A DNA stretch of 63,413 nt, the filler included. It is 4 parts of 4 records of this genome, joined end to end, with 100 filler letters (N's around TTAATTAATTAA, not from the genome) between each part and the next. Parts side by side here need not be neighbours in the genome. Positions count along the whole stretch, not along the records: positions 1 to 23,710 come from SRR20825019_1618; 3 more parts are not named here. One strand, 5' to 3'. This document shows, piece by piece, positions 1-8,674 of the stretch. The translations under genes were made by a program, and so were the position numbers. The notes under the pieces were generated by a model. It had not been told where the DNA came from and searched no databases. It worked only from the letters and a program-made list of their open reading frames with translations. The first letter of the stretch is position 1; each line of letters begins with the position of its first letter.

Positions 1-88
1 TGAACCAGAAAATGTCTTCGGCCGCCGCGCCCCAGAATGCTTCCGGGTCGTCGAGAGAGTGCCGATAGACGTCGTCAAACTGGCCCAT
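1..88 (-). CDS. Propionyl-/acetyl-CoA synthetase, N-terminus (partial, runs off window)
   Basis: Manual translation MGQFDDVYRHSLDDPEAFWGAAAEDIFWF matches the ACS/PrpE N-terminal domain; GGAGG RBS upstream. Not in the ORF track. Confidence 0.75.
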   Translation of the reverse strand, partial: MGQFDDVYRHSLDDPEAFWGAAAEDIFWF

Positions 89-206
89 ATTCCGAGCCTC
101 CCTGATATCGTTTTTTATAGTGTTTCCCTGACCGTATGGTCGATGGCCGTGGCGCGCAAATCAAGTTCCAGATTGCCGCAGCTGAAACGCGGCCGACAGA
201 GGAATG

Positions 207-1433
207 TTATCCGCCAAGAATTTGGCCGAGAATTCCTTTCTGGCGACCGGTGCGGCTGGTCTCGTCTGCAAGGCGTTCCGTCTGTTCGGCATGGTCCCGG
301 GCATGCAGGGATACGATCCGTTCCTGCCGCATAAAATTTTCGACGCCCCGGCCCTGGAACAAGGTGAGGCCGAGTGTCATCAGATCCGGGATCGCCGCCT
401 CGTCCACGCAATTGAAGAGAATGAAACGCTCCGGGCCGAGCCTTGTCACGGAGGCGGAAAAGGCCGCCCAATCCGCTTCGTTTACGGGTGTCAGATGCCG
501 GTCCCACATAACCTTCAGATAGGCGAAGCGGTCCGGCGGCACTTCGAGTTTCGGCAGGGAAGACCAGCGGATACCGTCCAGGGCGACGGGGAATTTTTCG
601 TGTTCGAGTGCTGTGACCATGCGGTCGAAGTCGGCCCGCTCGTGCAGCGCCTCGACATAGGGAACTTCAAGCAGGATGCGCTTGCGGGTGGTCATTGGAA
701 TGGCCGCGAAGGACTCGTCCAGCTCTCCCTCGATCACCACGGTGCTGTTGACGTTCACCGTGTAGGTCTTGCCGGCTTTCAGGCGGTCATCCACAAGGTG
801 GTCGAGCATGCGGATATCTATAACCTCGATGACCTTTTCAAAGAGCCATGGATTGGCCCGGATATCCTGCCCGAACATATCGTCCAGCGCGTCGATCGAG
901 ACGGTCAGTGCGCTGGCCTGTGCCTTTGGTTCGTGGAGCTGCGAGAGATTCCAGATCGTCTGCTCCCGCACCAGGTTGGCGATATCCGCGTTCCGCAGGG
1001 ATTCGAAAAGCCGCATGAAACTCGCCAGCTCGCCCTGATCCTTCCCGCGATCCGGCGTGAGACCTGTTTGAGCCATCAGCTTGCGGCAGATTTTCGCGAT
1101 CTTTCCGGATTCCGTTGCGAGCCGGAGTTCCTGGTGCCGTGCCGTCCCACGCCCGCTGCGCTTGAGGAAGGCATCCAGCTTTTCCACGGCACGTATGGCC
1201 AGGTGGATCTGATCGTCCGGCGCGACGACTGCAACAATATGGTGGGATAGCCGGTACATCCGGGACGTGCCGTTCGCCGGTACGACATCGATGCGGGCGA
1301 TCAGCGTCCGGAAGAAAATCGGATCGCTGATATGGGGAATCGATGACAGATCGATCAGGACGGCTGTGCGGTCAGTGCCGTCAGCAGAGGTATCTTCTGC
1401 CAGAGCGAGGAGCTCTGCTTCTTCGGTCTGCAT
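207..1433 (-). CDS. Degenerate EAL-domain-like protein
   Basis: 408-aa ORF. The C-terminal half has EAL-fold-like segments (VNVNS, ILLEV, VALDG, YLKV, LFQGR) but lacks the ExL and DDFG motifs. Confidence 0.6.
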   Translation of the reverse strand: MQTEEAELLALAEDTSADGTDRTAVLIDLSSIPHISDPIFFRTLIARIDVVPANGTSRMYRLSHHIVAVVAPDDQIHLAIRAVEKLDAFLKRSGRGTARHQELRLATESGKIAKICRKLMAQTGLTPDRGKDQGELASFMRLFESLRNADIANLVREQTIWNLSQLHEPKAQASALTVSIDALDDMFGQDIRANPWLFEKVIEVIDIRMLDHLVDDRLKAGKTYTVNVNSTVVIEGELDESFAAIPMTTRKRILLEVPYVEALHERADFDRMVTALEHEKFPVALDGIRWSSLPKLEVPPDRFAYLKVMWDRHLTPVNEADWAAFSASVTRLGPERFILFNCVDEAAIPDLMTLGLTLFQGRGVENFMRQERIVSLHARDHAEQTERLADETSRTGRQKGILGQILGG

Positions 1434-1502
1434 GCGTTTGCCTATCCTGTGTCAGCCAGAACTCTGCCCGATCCGGGCCCTGACTGGCAATCTCCGGTAT
1501 GG

Positions 1503-1835
1503 CTAGAACAGGAATGCCCGGCCCGCGGCAACGGTGGCGGTGCCGACAGCCACGGCGACGAGCGGATTGGCACCGATCAGGGAGAGGGCGGCGACAATGA
1601 GCAGGGCCGCGCGTTCCAGCCAGCCTGTATGCCAGATCGTCGGCGCCAGGATCGCCACCAGGACAGCCCCCGGTATGGCCGCGAGCCAGCGGGACACGAA
1701 GCCGCCTTCCGGCACCCAGCGCATCATCAGAAAGCCGCCGATCCGGGTGAAATAGGTCACCAGCCCCATCAGCAGGATGGCGACCATCGCGGTCCAGTCG
1801 AACGCGAGATAGGGGGCGAGGAACTCAGCGTTCAC
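1503..1835 (-). CDS. azlD: AzlD-family small membrane subunit
   Basis: Hydrophobic protein with MGLVTYFTRIGG and IPGAVLVAILAP motifs; GTG start overlaps the end of azlC. Confidence 0.75.
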   Translation of the reverse strand: MNAEFLAPYLAFDWTAMVAILLMGLVTYFTRIGGFLMMRWVPEGGFVSRWLAAIPGAVLVAILAPTIWHTGWLERAALLIVAALSLIGANPLVAVAVGTATVAAGRAFLF

Positions 1836-2505
1836 GGAGCAGCCCTCCAACCAGGGATCCGGCAATGCCGCCGATGACCACATGGGCTTCGCCCGGAACG
1901 TACTCGTTGGCCAGGATGGCACCGGCGGCGGCCACGGCCCAGGGCAGGATCTGCTTTCTGCCGGTCCAGATCGGTTTGATCATGATGACAAAGAAGGCCG
2001 GCAGCAGCACGTCGAAGGCGAGGGCCTTCGGGTCCAGCGCGGCGCCGAGTGCATGGCCGAGCCCGGTACCGAGCACCCAGCTGAACCAGAGCGCGATACC
2101 GGAGCCGAGCAGAATTCCGGCATCCGTCGCGCCTTTCCGGCGCTCCGAAATGGCGACGGCCCAGTTCGCGTCGGTCAGGAAGAACAGGCTGATCCAGGTG
2201 AGATGCCGGGGCAGCGGCTCGAACCATTCCCGGATCGATGCGCCCATCAGCAGCATGCGGGAATTGATGCCGAGTGTTGTGATGGCGATGATCAACAGTG
2301 GCAGTGGATCCTGCCAGAGATTGACGATCGCAACCTGGGATGCACCCGCGAACACGAAGCCGCTCATGGTGACGGCTTCCAGCCAGCTCATTCCCACATT
2401 GCGCCCGATCACACCGACCGCGACGGCAAAGAAGAAACCGCTGACGGCGATGGGCCAGATCATAAATGCGCCCTTGCGCATGCCGGTCGAAGTAAAGGTC
2501 GTCAT
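1825..2505 (-). CDS. azlC: AzlC-family amino acid exporter permease
   Basis: MSGFVFAGASQ, INSRMLLMG and FFLTDANWA are AzlC signature motifs. Confidence 0.85.
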   Translation of the reverse strand: MTTFTSTGMRKGAFMIWPIAVSGFFFAVAVGVIGRNVGMSWLEAVTMSGFVFAGASQVAIVNLWQDPLPLLIIAITTLGINSRMLLMGASIREWFEPLPRHLTWISLFFLTDANWAVAISERRKGATDAGILLGSGIALWFSWVLGTGLGHALGAALDPKALAFDVLLPAFFVIMIKPIWTGRKQILPWAVAAAGAILANEYVPGEAHVVIGGIAGSLVGGLLRER

Positions 2506-2604
2506 CGTGTATCCCGTTATATGCCGGCTAGATGTGCGTCCGGAGACCTTTGAGGTCAAACGAGATTTTGTTGCGATGCAATTAGGCAGGGTAACGCGTG
2601 GGGA

Positions 2605-3606
2605 TTAACCCGCGAGCTTCTGCATGACCAGCGTCGGCGCGTCGTGCCGCACCGCCCGTTCGGCGCGCGGAGTCCGGCCGAAACATTCCCGGTAGCATTT
2701 CGAAAAATGGCTGGCGGAGACGAAGCCGCAGGCCAGCGCCACCGACAGGATGGACATGCTGGTCTGGGCCAGCAGCTGGCGGGCCCGCTGCAGGCGGAGA
2801 TTGAGGTAGTAGCGGGTCGGCGTACTGGAAAGATATTTCCGGAACAATCGCTCCAGCTGCCGGGTCGAGAGCCCGGCCTTGTCCGCAAGCGTGGTCTGGC
2901 TCAGCGGTTCTTCCAGATTGGCTTCCATCTCGGCGATCACGTTGATCAGCTTTGGATGGCTGACACCGAGGCGGGCGCGAAGTTCCATGCGCTGATGGTC
3001 GTGTGGCTCGCGGATCCGGTCGTGTATGAATTGTTCCGAGACCTCGTTCGCCAGCTTGAAGCCGTGCTGTCTGGCGATCAGGTGCAGCATCATGTCGAGG
3101 GCGGCGGTGCCGCCGGAGCAGGTGAAACGGTCCCGGTCGATTTCGAACAGGTCCGAAGTCACGTCGATTTCGGGAAACTCTTCGGTAAAGCCGCCGAGAT
3201 TTTCCCAATGGATGGTGCAACGCCGGTCTTCCAGCAACCCGGCCCGGGCCAGGACATGGGCACCGGTGCAGACCGATCCGATGGCCGCCCCCTGGCGGGA
3301 CAGCCGGCGCAGGGCGCCGAATACCCGGTCGTTCTTGTAGTGCTGGGCGTCGATACCGGCGGCGACAATGACGGCGTCCGAATTGCTCAGGTCATAGAGG
3401 GTTCCGACCGTATTCACCTCGACGCCGTTGCTGGCCTGTACGGGATTGCCGTCCTCGCTCAGCACGCGCCAGTGATACAGCGTTTTTCCGGCCATGCGGT
3501 TGGCCGAGCGCAGAGGCTCTACGGCGGCAGTAAACGGAAGCAGCGAAAAGTTCGGCGTCAGAAAGAAATCGATGGTGAGCGGGACGTCATTTGGGTCGTC
3601 GAACAT
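2605..3606 (-). CDS. GlxA/GbdR-type AraC regulator with DJ-1/PfpI-like domain
   Basis: EPLRSANR, VCTGAHVLARAGLL, CTIHWE and TCSGGTAALD, plus AraC HTH (STRQLERLF, ACGFVSASHFSKCY). Confidence 0.9.
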   Translation of the reverse strand: MFDDPNDVPLTIDFFLTPNFSLLPFTAAVEPLRSANRMAGKTLYHWRVLSEDGNPVQASNGVEVNTVGTLYDLSNSDAVIVAAGIDAQHYKNDRVFGALRRLSRQGAAIGSVCTGAHVLARAGLLEDRRCTIHWENLGGFTEEFPEIDVTSDLFEIDRDRFTCSGGTAALDMMLHLIARQHGFKLANEVSEQFIHDRIREPHDHQRMELRARLGVSHPKLINVIAEMEANLEEPLSQTTLADKAGLSTRQLERLFRKYLSSTPTRYYLNLRLQRARQLLAQTSMSILSVALACGFVSASHFSKCYRECFGRTPRAERAVRHDAPTLVMQKLAG

Positions 3607-3823
3607 ATTTGGCCATACTCTCCACCGAACGGGTTTTGGTTTTTTCCCGGTCCCGTAATTTTGTCGGGAAAAGGATAAAACCAAGTCGGTGCCCGGGAGC
3701 AATGAAAATAAGGCGTTGCCGGATGTTTTCGGCTGGCTCTGTCGGCAGGTATGTCGGCAGCGGGACACTGGGTCGGGAATAGGCGATTTTGATCATGGCT
3801 TGGAGTGACCGGGGGAGGATCCG

Positions 3824-4501
3824 ATGACTATCTGCGACAGGATCGCGGCGGCTCTCGCGCGTCATGGATTGCTGCTGCGTGGTGGATTTCATCCGGATGC
3901 GCGGGAAATGGCGCTTGCCGGGGGCGAATCAGTCGGAACGGTTCTTCTGGTCGGAAATGCCGGGCCGGGGATGTGGGGGCAATTTTCCGCAAACCGGCCA
4001 GCCGGCGCAGACCCGCTGGATCGCTGGAGCGCAGAGGTGCTGGGCGCCGTTGCCGGATTGTTCGGGGGGAAGGCGGTGCTGCCGTCCGACGGGCCGCCTT
4101 ACCGGCCGTTCCAGCAATGGGCGATGCGGGCCGAGCCGGTTTTTCCGTCGCCGATCGGTATCCTGATCCACCCCGTCTACGGTCTCTGGCATGGATACAG
4201 GGGAGCGTTGTTGTTCGAGGCGGCTCTGGATCTGCCGGCTTCGGCTGACGCCAAGATGCGCAGTCCCTGCGAAGACTGCGCCGACCGGCCCTGCCTCGCG
4301 ACATGTCCGGTTTCCGCATTCTCGGAACGCGGCTATGACGTGCAGGCGTGCCGTTCCCATCTCAAATCCGGCGAGGGGGACGCATGCCTTGAAGGCTCGT
4401 GCCTGGCCCGCCGGGCCTGCCCCGTTGGCCGCGGCTATATCTACGGCACGCCACAGCTGGCTTTTCATATGGCGGCGTTCAGCGACGGAGCCCTGGAATA
4501 A
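3824..4501 (+). CDS. Ferredoxin-like 4Fe-4S protein with a CblC/QueG-like segment
   Basis: PFQQWA and ILIHPVYGLWHGYRGALL; Cys motifs CEDCADRPCLATCP and C...C...CLARRACP. Confidence 0.7.
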   Translation: MTICDRIAAALARHGLLLRGGFHPDAREMALAGGESVGTVLLVGNAGPGMWGQFSANRPAGADPLDRWSAEVLGAVAGLFGGKAVLPSDGPPYRPFQQWAMRAEPVFPSPIGILIHPVYGLWHGYRGALLFEAALDLPASADAKMRSPCEDCADRPCLATCPVSAFSERGYDVQACRSHLKSGEGDACLEGSCLARRACPVGRGYIYGTPQLAFHMAAFSDGALE

Positions 4502-4522
4502 GCGATAAGTGCTGTCTAACGA

Positions 4523-4552
4523 AAAACGGCCGGTCAAATGACCGGCCGTTTT
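4523..4552. terminator. Bidirectional rho-independent terminator
   Basis: Perfect inverted repeat AAAACGGCCGGTCA-AA-TGACCGGCCGTTTT between convergent genes. Confidence 0.85.
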
Positions 4553-4569
4553 CCTGTCTCTCCGAAATG

Positions 4570-5136
4570 TCAGGGCACTTCGGAAATCGATTCGAGCTGG
4601 GTTTCCGGCGGGGCAACGGTGCCGCCTGCTTTGGTCACGGCCTGATCCAGGTCGATCTGCGAGCAGAGACCGAGAAGGACCGGATGGCGGGCCGTGATGT
4701 TCTGGGAGTTCCAGTGCGTGCGGTCACGCACCTTGTCGATCGTGTCCTTGGTCGTGCCAACCAGTTTCGCGACCTGGGCATCCTTCAGCTCCGGATGGTG
4801 CTTGACCAGCCAGGCGATTGCGTCCGGCTTGTCGCCGCGCTTGGAAACCGGGACATATTTCGGCCCTTTGGAGCGGGCTTTCGGCTGCGGCAGCGTGCTC
4901 ACCAGGATTTTCATCCGGTAAGACGAGTCTGCCTGGGCCTTCTCGATCTCGCCCCGCGCCAGTTGTCCGTTCTGCAGCGGATCGATGCCCTGAATACCGG
5001 AACTGACCTCGCCGTCGGCGATGGCCTGAACTTCGAGAGGATGCAAGCCGCAGAAATCGGCGATCTGTTCAAACGACAACGCCGTATTGTCGATCAGCCA
5101 GACGGCCGTCGCTTTCGGCATCAGCGGATTCGCCAT
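4570..5136 (-). CDS. trcR: DUF1013 family / TrcR cell-cycle transcription regulator
   Basis: PLMPKATAVWLIDNTALSFEQIADFCGLHPLEVQAIADG is the characteristic N-terminus of this alphaproteobacterial family. Confidence 0.85.
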   Translation of the reverse strand: MANPLMPKATAVWLIDNTALSFEQIADFCGLHPLEVQAIADGEVSSGIQGIDPLQNGQLARGEIEKAQADSSYRMKILVSTLPQPKARSKGPKYVPVSKRGDKPDAIAWLVKHHPELKDAQVAKLVGTTKDTIDKVRDRTHWNSQNITARHPVLLGLCSQIDLDQAVTKAGGTVAPPETQLESISEVP

Positions 5137-5324
5137 GATATCTCCTTTGAAGCACGTTATCCGTATGCCATGAGGATGACGGATCCGTTCTTTCTTGGTT
5201 GTCTGAATTGTTATGAATGATGGTTATATAGAGCAAGATACGGAACGATCCAATCATAGTCTTCGTTGAATCTATGATGCTTGAATACGGATTGTAGGGA
5301 AACCGGATAACGGGAGAGGGGAAG

Positions 5325-5507
5325 ATGGCATTCGAAGATCTGGAACCGAAGAACGTCACCCGCAAACCGGTCGATCTTTCGACCTGGAACATCGAGGACC
5401 TTGAACTCTATATCGAGAACATGAAGGCGGAAATTCAGCGCGTGGAAGCGGCGATCAGGGAAAAGCAGTCAATTTCCTCGGCGGCTGAGTCGCTTTTCAA
5501 GCGCTAG
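5325..5507 (+). CDS. DUF1192 family small protein
   Basis: 60 aa, DLSTWNIEDLELYI...SAAESLFK; GGAGAGG RBS. Confidence 0.8.
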   Translation: MAFEDLEPKNVTRKPVDLSTWNIEDLELYIENMKAEIQRVEAAIREKQSISSAAESLFKR

Positions 5508-5592
5508 GCATCGGCCTGCCCGACCTTGCGGCGCAGCATTAATGGCTGTATCGCACGAGGCAGCAAAAACGGACGGATACGGGGACAGGGTC

Positions 5593-6372
5593 ATGAAGGG
5601 CAGAACGGCAGTCGTTACGGGGTCGACCAGCGGCATCGGCGCGGCCATGGCGGCGGCATTCGCAGCCGAAGGCGCGAATATCGTCATCAATGGGCTTGGT
5701 GATGCAGCCGGGATCGAGAAAGGCCGTGCGGCACTGGAAGCGGAGTATGGCGTCCAGGTGATCTATCACGGCGCCGACATGACCAAGCCGGAAGAGATCG
5801 AGGACCTGATCCGGACGGCAGAAGGCAAATTCGGCTCCGTCGACATCCTCGTCAACAATGCGGGCATCCAGCATACCGCTCCCATCGAGGACTTCCCGGT
5901 GGACAAGTGGAATGCCGTGATCGCCATCAATCTTTCCGCCGCCTTCCATGGCATGCGCGCTGTCCTGCCGGGCATGAAGGCGCGCGGCTGGGGCCGCATC
6001 ATCAATATTGCCTCGGCGCATGGTCTTGTCGCTTCGGTGAACAAGTCCGCTTATGTGGCGGCCAAGCACGGCATTGTCGGTCTGACCAAGGTTGCAGCCC
6101 TGGAAAACGCGCAGAGCGGCGTGACCTGCAACGCGATCTGCCCCGGCTGGGTGAAGACGCCGCTGGTCGTGGCCCAGATCGAGGCGCGGGCCGCGGCCAA
6201 CGGCACCTCTGTCGAGCACGAGACCCAGGCTTTGCTGCTGGAAAAACAGCCGTCCGGACAATTCACGACGGTCGAGCAGCTCGCGGGTGCCGCTGTGTTC
6301 CTGTGCGGCGATGCCGCCAGCAACATGACGGGCACGACCGTTACCCTCGACGGCGGCTGGACCGCGCAATAG
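5593..6372 (+). CDS. bdhA: D-3-hydroxybutyrate dehydrogenase (copy 1)
   Basis: TGSTSGIG, NNAGIQH, IASAHGLVAS.NKSAYVAAKHG and CPGWVKTPLV. Alternative ATG at 5542. Confidence 0.9.
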   Translation: MKGRTAVVTGSTSGIGAAMAAAFAAEGANIVINGLGDAAGIEKGRAALEAEYGVQVIYHGADMTKPEEIEDLIRTAEGKFGSVDILVNNAGIQHTAPIEDFPVDKWNAVIAINLSAAFHGMRAVLPGMKARGWGRIINIASAHGLVASVNKSAYVAAKHGIVGLTKVAALENAQSGVTCNAICPGWVKTPLVVAQIEARAAANGTSVEHETQALLLEKQPSGQFTTVEQLAGAAVFLCGDAASNMTGTTVTLDGGWTAQ

Positions 6373-6421
6373 CGCCCTTCATATTCGCGGAATACCACTC
6401 TGCTTCATGGAAAGGGCTCCC

Positions 6422-7201
6422 GTGAAAGGCAAGACAGTTCTTGTAACCGGCTCGACCAGCGGGATCGGTGCGGCGTTGGCCGATGCTTTCGCCGCCGAGG
6501 GCGCGAATATCGTGCTTAACGGTCTGGGCGATGCGGGCAAGATAGAATCCGAGCGTTCGGCGCTGGCGTCAAAACATGGCGTCGAGGTGATCTTTCACGG
6601 CGCAGATATGAGCATTCCGGGCGAGATCGAAGATCTGGTCCGGACGGCCGAGGGCCATTTCGGTGCCGTCGATATTCTCGTGAACAATGCCGGTATCCAA
6701 TATACCGAAATGATCGAAGTCTTCCCGGTGGAGCGTTGGGATGCGCTGATCGCAATCAATCTCTCAGCGCCGTTCCACGCGACGCGCGCGGTTTTGCCGG
6801 GGATGAAGCGGCGCGGCTGGGGCCGCATCGTGAATATTGCATCAAACGCTGGGTTGGGCGGTTCGGTCCGCAAATCCGCCTATGTCGCGGCCAAGCATGG
6901 TGTGGTCGGGCTGACCAAGGTCACCGGGCTGGAAAATGCCCAAACCGGTGTGACCTGCAATGCCATTTGCCCCGGTTGGGTGAAGACGCCGCTGGTCGAT
7001 GTGCAGATCGAAGACCGGGCAAAAAGGGACGGCACCAGTATCGAGCAGGCGACCTACGATCTGCTGATCGACCAGCAGCCGTCCGGCAGGTTCACCACAT
7101 TCGAGCAATTGTCCGGAGCGGCCCTGTTTCTGTGCAGTAATGCCGCGGACAACATGACCGGAACCACATTGACGCTCGATGGCGGCTGGATGGCAACCTA
7201 G
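6422..7201 (+). CDS. 3-hydroxybutyrate dehydrogenase paralog (copy 2, diverged active site)
   Basis: Collinear with copy 1; SDR YxxxK intact, but SAH is replaced by SNA. Confidence 0.85.
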   Translation: MKGKTVLVTGSTSGIGAALADAFAAEGANIVLNGLGDAGKIESERSALASKHGVEVIFHGADMSIPGEIEDLVRTAEGHFGAVDILVNNAGIQYTEMIEVFPVERWDALIAINLSAPFHATRAVLPGMKRRGWGRIVNIASNAGLGGSVRKSAYVAAKHGVVGLTKVTGLENAQTGVTCNAICPGWVKTPLVDVQIEDRAKRDGTSIEQATYDLLIDQQPSGRFTTFEQLSGAALFLCSNAADNMTGTTLTLDGGWMAT

Positions 7202-7228
7202 GCCCTGATCATGAGGCCGGAATAACAA

Positions 7229-7255
7229 GCACCCGCCGAGTTTTTCGGCGGGTGC
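7229..7255. terminator. Hairpin terminator
   Basis: GCACCCGCCGA-GTTTT-TCGGCGGGTGC between convergent genes. Confidence 0.7.
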
Positions 7256-7291
7256 AACGATATTCTGATGGGGATACCGGTTTGGTGGGGG

Positions 7292-7456
7292 CTAGGCCCT
7301 GAGATTTTCCATCTCGTCTTTGATCGCAAGTTTCTTGCGTTTTATTTCTGCGACAGCAGCGCTGTCCGGCATGGGTCTGGTACGTTCCTGATCAAGGTTT
7401 CGCTCCAAGGTCTCGTGGCGTTGTTTCAGCGATTCAATCCGCTGTGCCTGGGCCAT
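7292..7456 (-). CDS. DUF465/YdcH family small coiled-coil protein
   Basis: Manual translation MAQAQRIESLKQRHETLERNLDQERTRPMPDSAAVAEIKRKKLAIKDEMENLRA (54 aa); AAGGAG RBS; below the ORF-track cutoff. Confidence 0.85.
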   Translation of the reverse strand: MAQAQRIESLKQRHETLERNLDQERTRPMPDSAAVAEIKRKKLAIKDEMENLRA

Positions 7457-7611
7457 GCCTATGCTCTCCTTTTTTGATCGTGAACTTCAAACGTTACAGT
7501 TTAAAGAATAGGTATCTTTAGGGGCTTGTGCAATGAGTCCACTTCGGGCAAATTGCGCGGTTTTTTCGTCAAAGCGCGTAACGCGCTGGATTTCCGAGGT
7601 AAATTTTTTTC

Positions 7612-8214
7612 ATGAGAAATCCCCAAAAAAACAAGCTGATAATCGGAATCAGCGGTGCCTCGGGAGTTGTCTACGGCGTCCGGTTGCTGGAATTGCTCCG
7701 GGCCTTGCCGGACGAGCAGAAAATCGAAACTCACCTGATCATGAGCCGGGCGGCGGAAATCACGCTGGCGCATGAAACGAACCTCAAGGTCCGGGATGTC
7801 GAGGCGCTGGCCGACGTGGTGCATGCCAATAAGGATATCGGCGCCGCTGTCGCCTCCGGATCGTTCCGGACAATGGGTATGATCATTGCCCCGTGCTCGG
7901 TGAAGAGCCTGGCGGAAATCGCGACCGGCGTGACCGACACGCTGCTGTCGCGCGCGGCCGACGTGATCCTGAAAGAGCGCCGCCGGCTGGTCTGCATGGT
8001 CCGGGAAACGCCACTGCATTCGGGGCATCTGCGGAACATGCTGGCATTGTCCGATATGGGGGCGATCATCGCGCCGCCGGTTCCCGCATTTTATGCGAGA
8101 CCGGACTCGATCGCGGACATGGTGGATCACTCTCTCGGCCGGATGCTGGACCTTTTCGATATCGACCTCGGAACGGTCCGCCGCTGGAAGGACGATGCCG
8201 CGTCCCAAGCGTGA
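7612..8214 (+). CDS. ubiX: Flavin prenyltransferase
   Basis: GISGASG, ASGSFRT, APCSVKSL, RAADVILKERR, RETPLH and PPVPAFY. Confidence 0.95.
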   Translation: MRNPQKNKLIIGISGASGVVYGVRLLELLRALPDEQKIETHLIMSRAAEITLAHETNLKVRDVEALADVVHANKDIGAAVASGSFRTMGMIIAPCSVKSLAEIATGVTDTLLSRAADVILKERRRLVCMVRETPLHSGHLRNMLALSDMGAIIAPPVPAFYARPDSIADMVDHSLGRMLDLFDIDLGTVRRWKDDAASQA

Positions 8215-8418
8215 TCGGGAATCGGTTTTTCAGATCGTCTTTTCCGAGAGACTCGGATTCTCACGTCTCTCCTCGGGACAGGAAGATCTAATTTTACCAG
8301 ATAGTTGATGTGTCTCCGCATTATATGTTTTGCTGCTGACGCCAGTGGTTGCCGGTGTATTTCAAAGGTTCGTATGAACTGTTCGATGTCACATTTTTGT
8401 CGCCTCTCTGACTCTGAC

Positions 8419-8446
8419 TTGACATTTCTGGTGGGGGCATTACCGT
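8419..8446 (+). promoter_or_regulatory. Putative sigma70 promoter
   Basis: TTGACA-16 nt-TACCGT. Confidence 0.4.
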
Positions 8447-8497
8447 CTGTCCCGGGCAAGTTGAACAGGGTGCTCACAGTTCAAAAAAAGAATAAAT

Positions 8498-8530
8498 GAA
8501 GGGCCGCGCTTCGGCGCGGTCCTTCGATTC
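8498..8530 (+). terminator. GC-rich hairpin with UUCG loop, putative terminator
   Basis: GAAGGGCCGCGC-TTCG-GCGCGGTCCTTC. Confidence 0.55.
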
Positions 8531-8674
8531 TGAACCATTGGTTCGGAGGCTTTGCGGGGGCGGAGCCGGGCACCCTAAAATATCTTCCTGGCGTGCCATC
8601 ACGCTTGCGTCCAACCCTTCATCCGTTAAAGATCGCGCCGAACCTGACCAAAGCGCAGGATGGAGGGGCAGCAC

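Noticed and set aside
8540-8674. SAM riboswitch upstream of metY
   Set aside because: Expected from context, but no SAM-II or SAM-SAH consensus was recognisable by eye.
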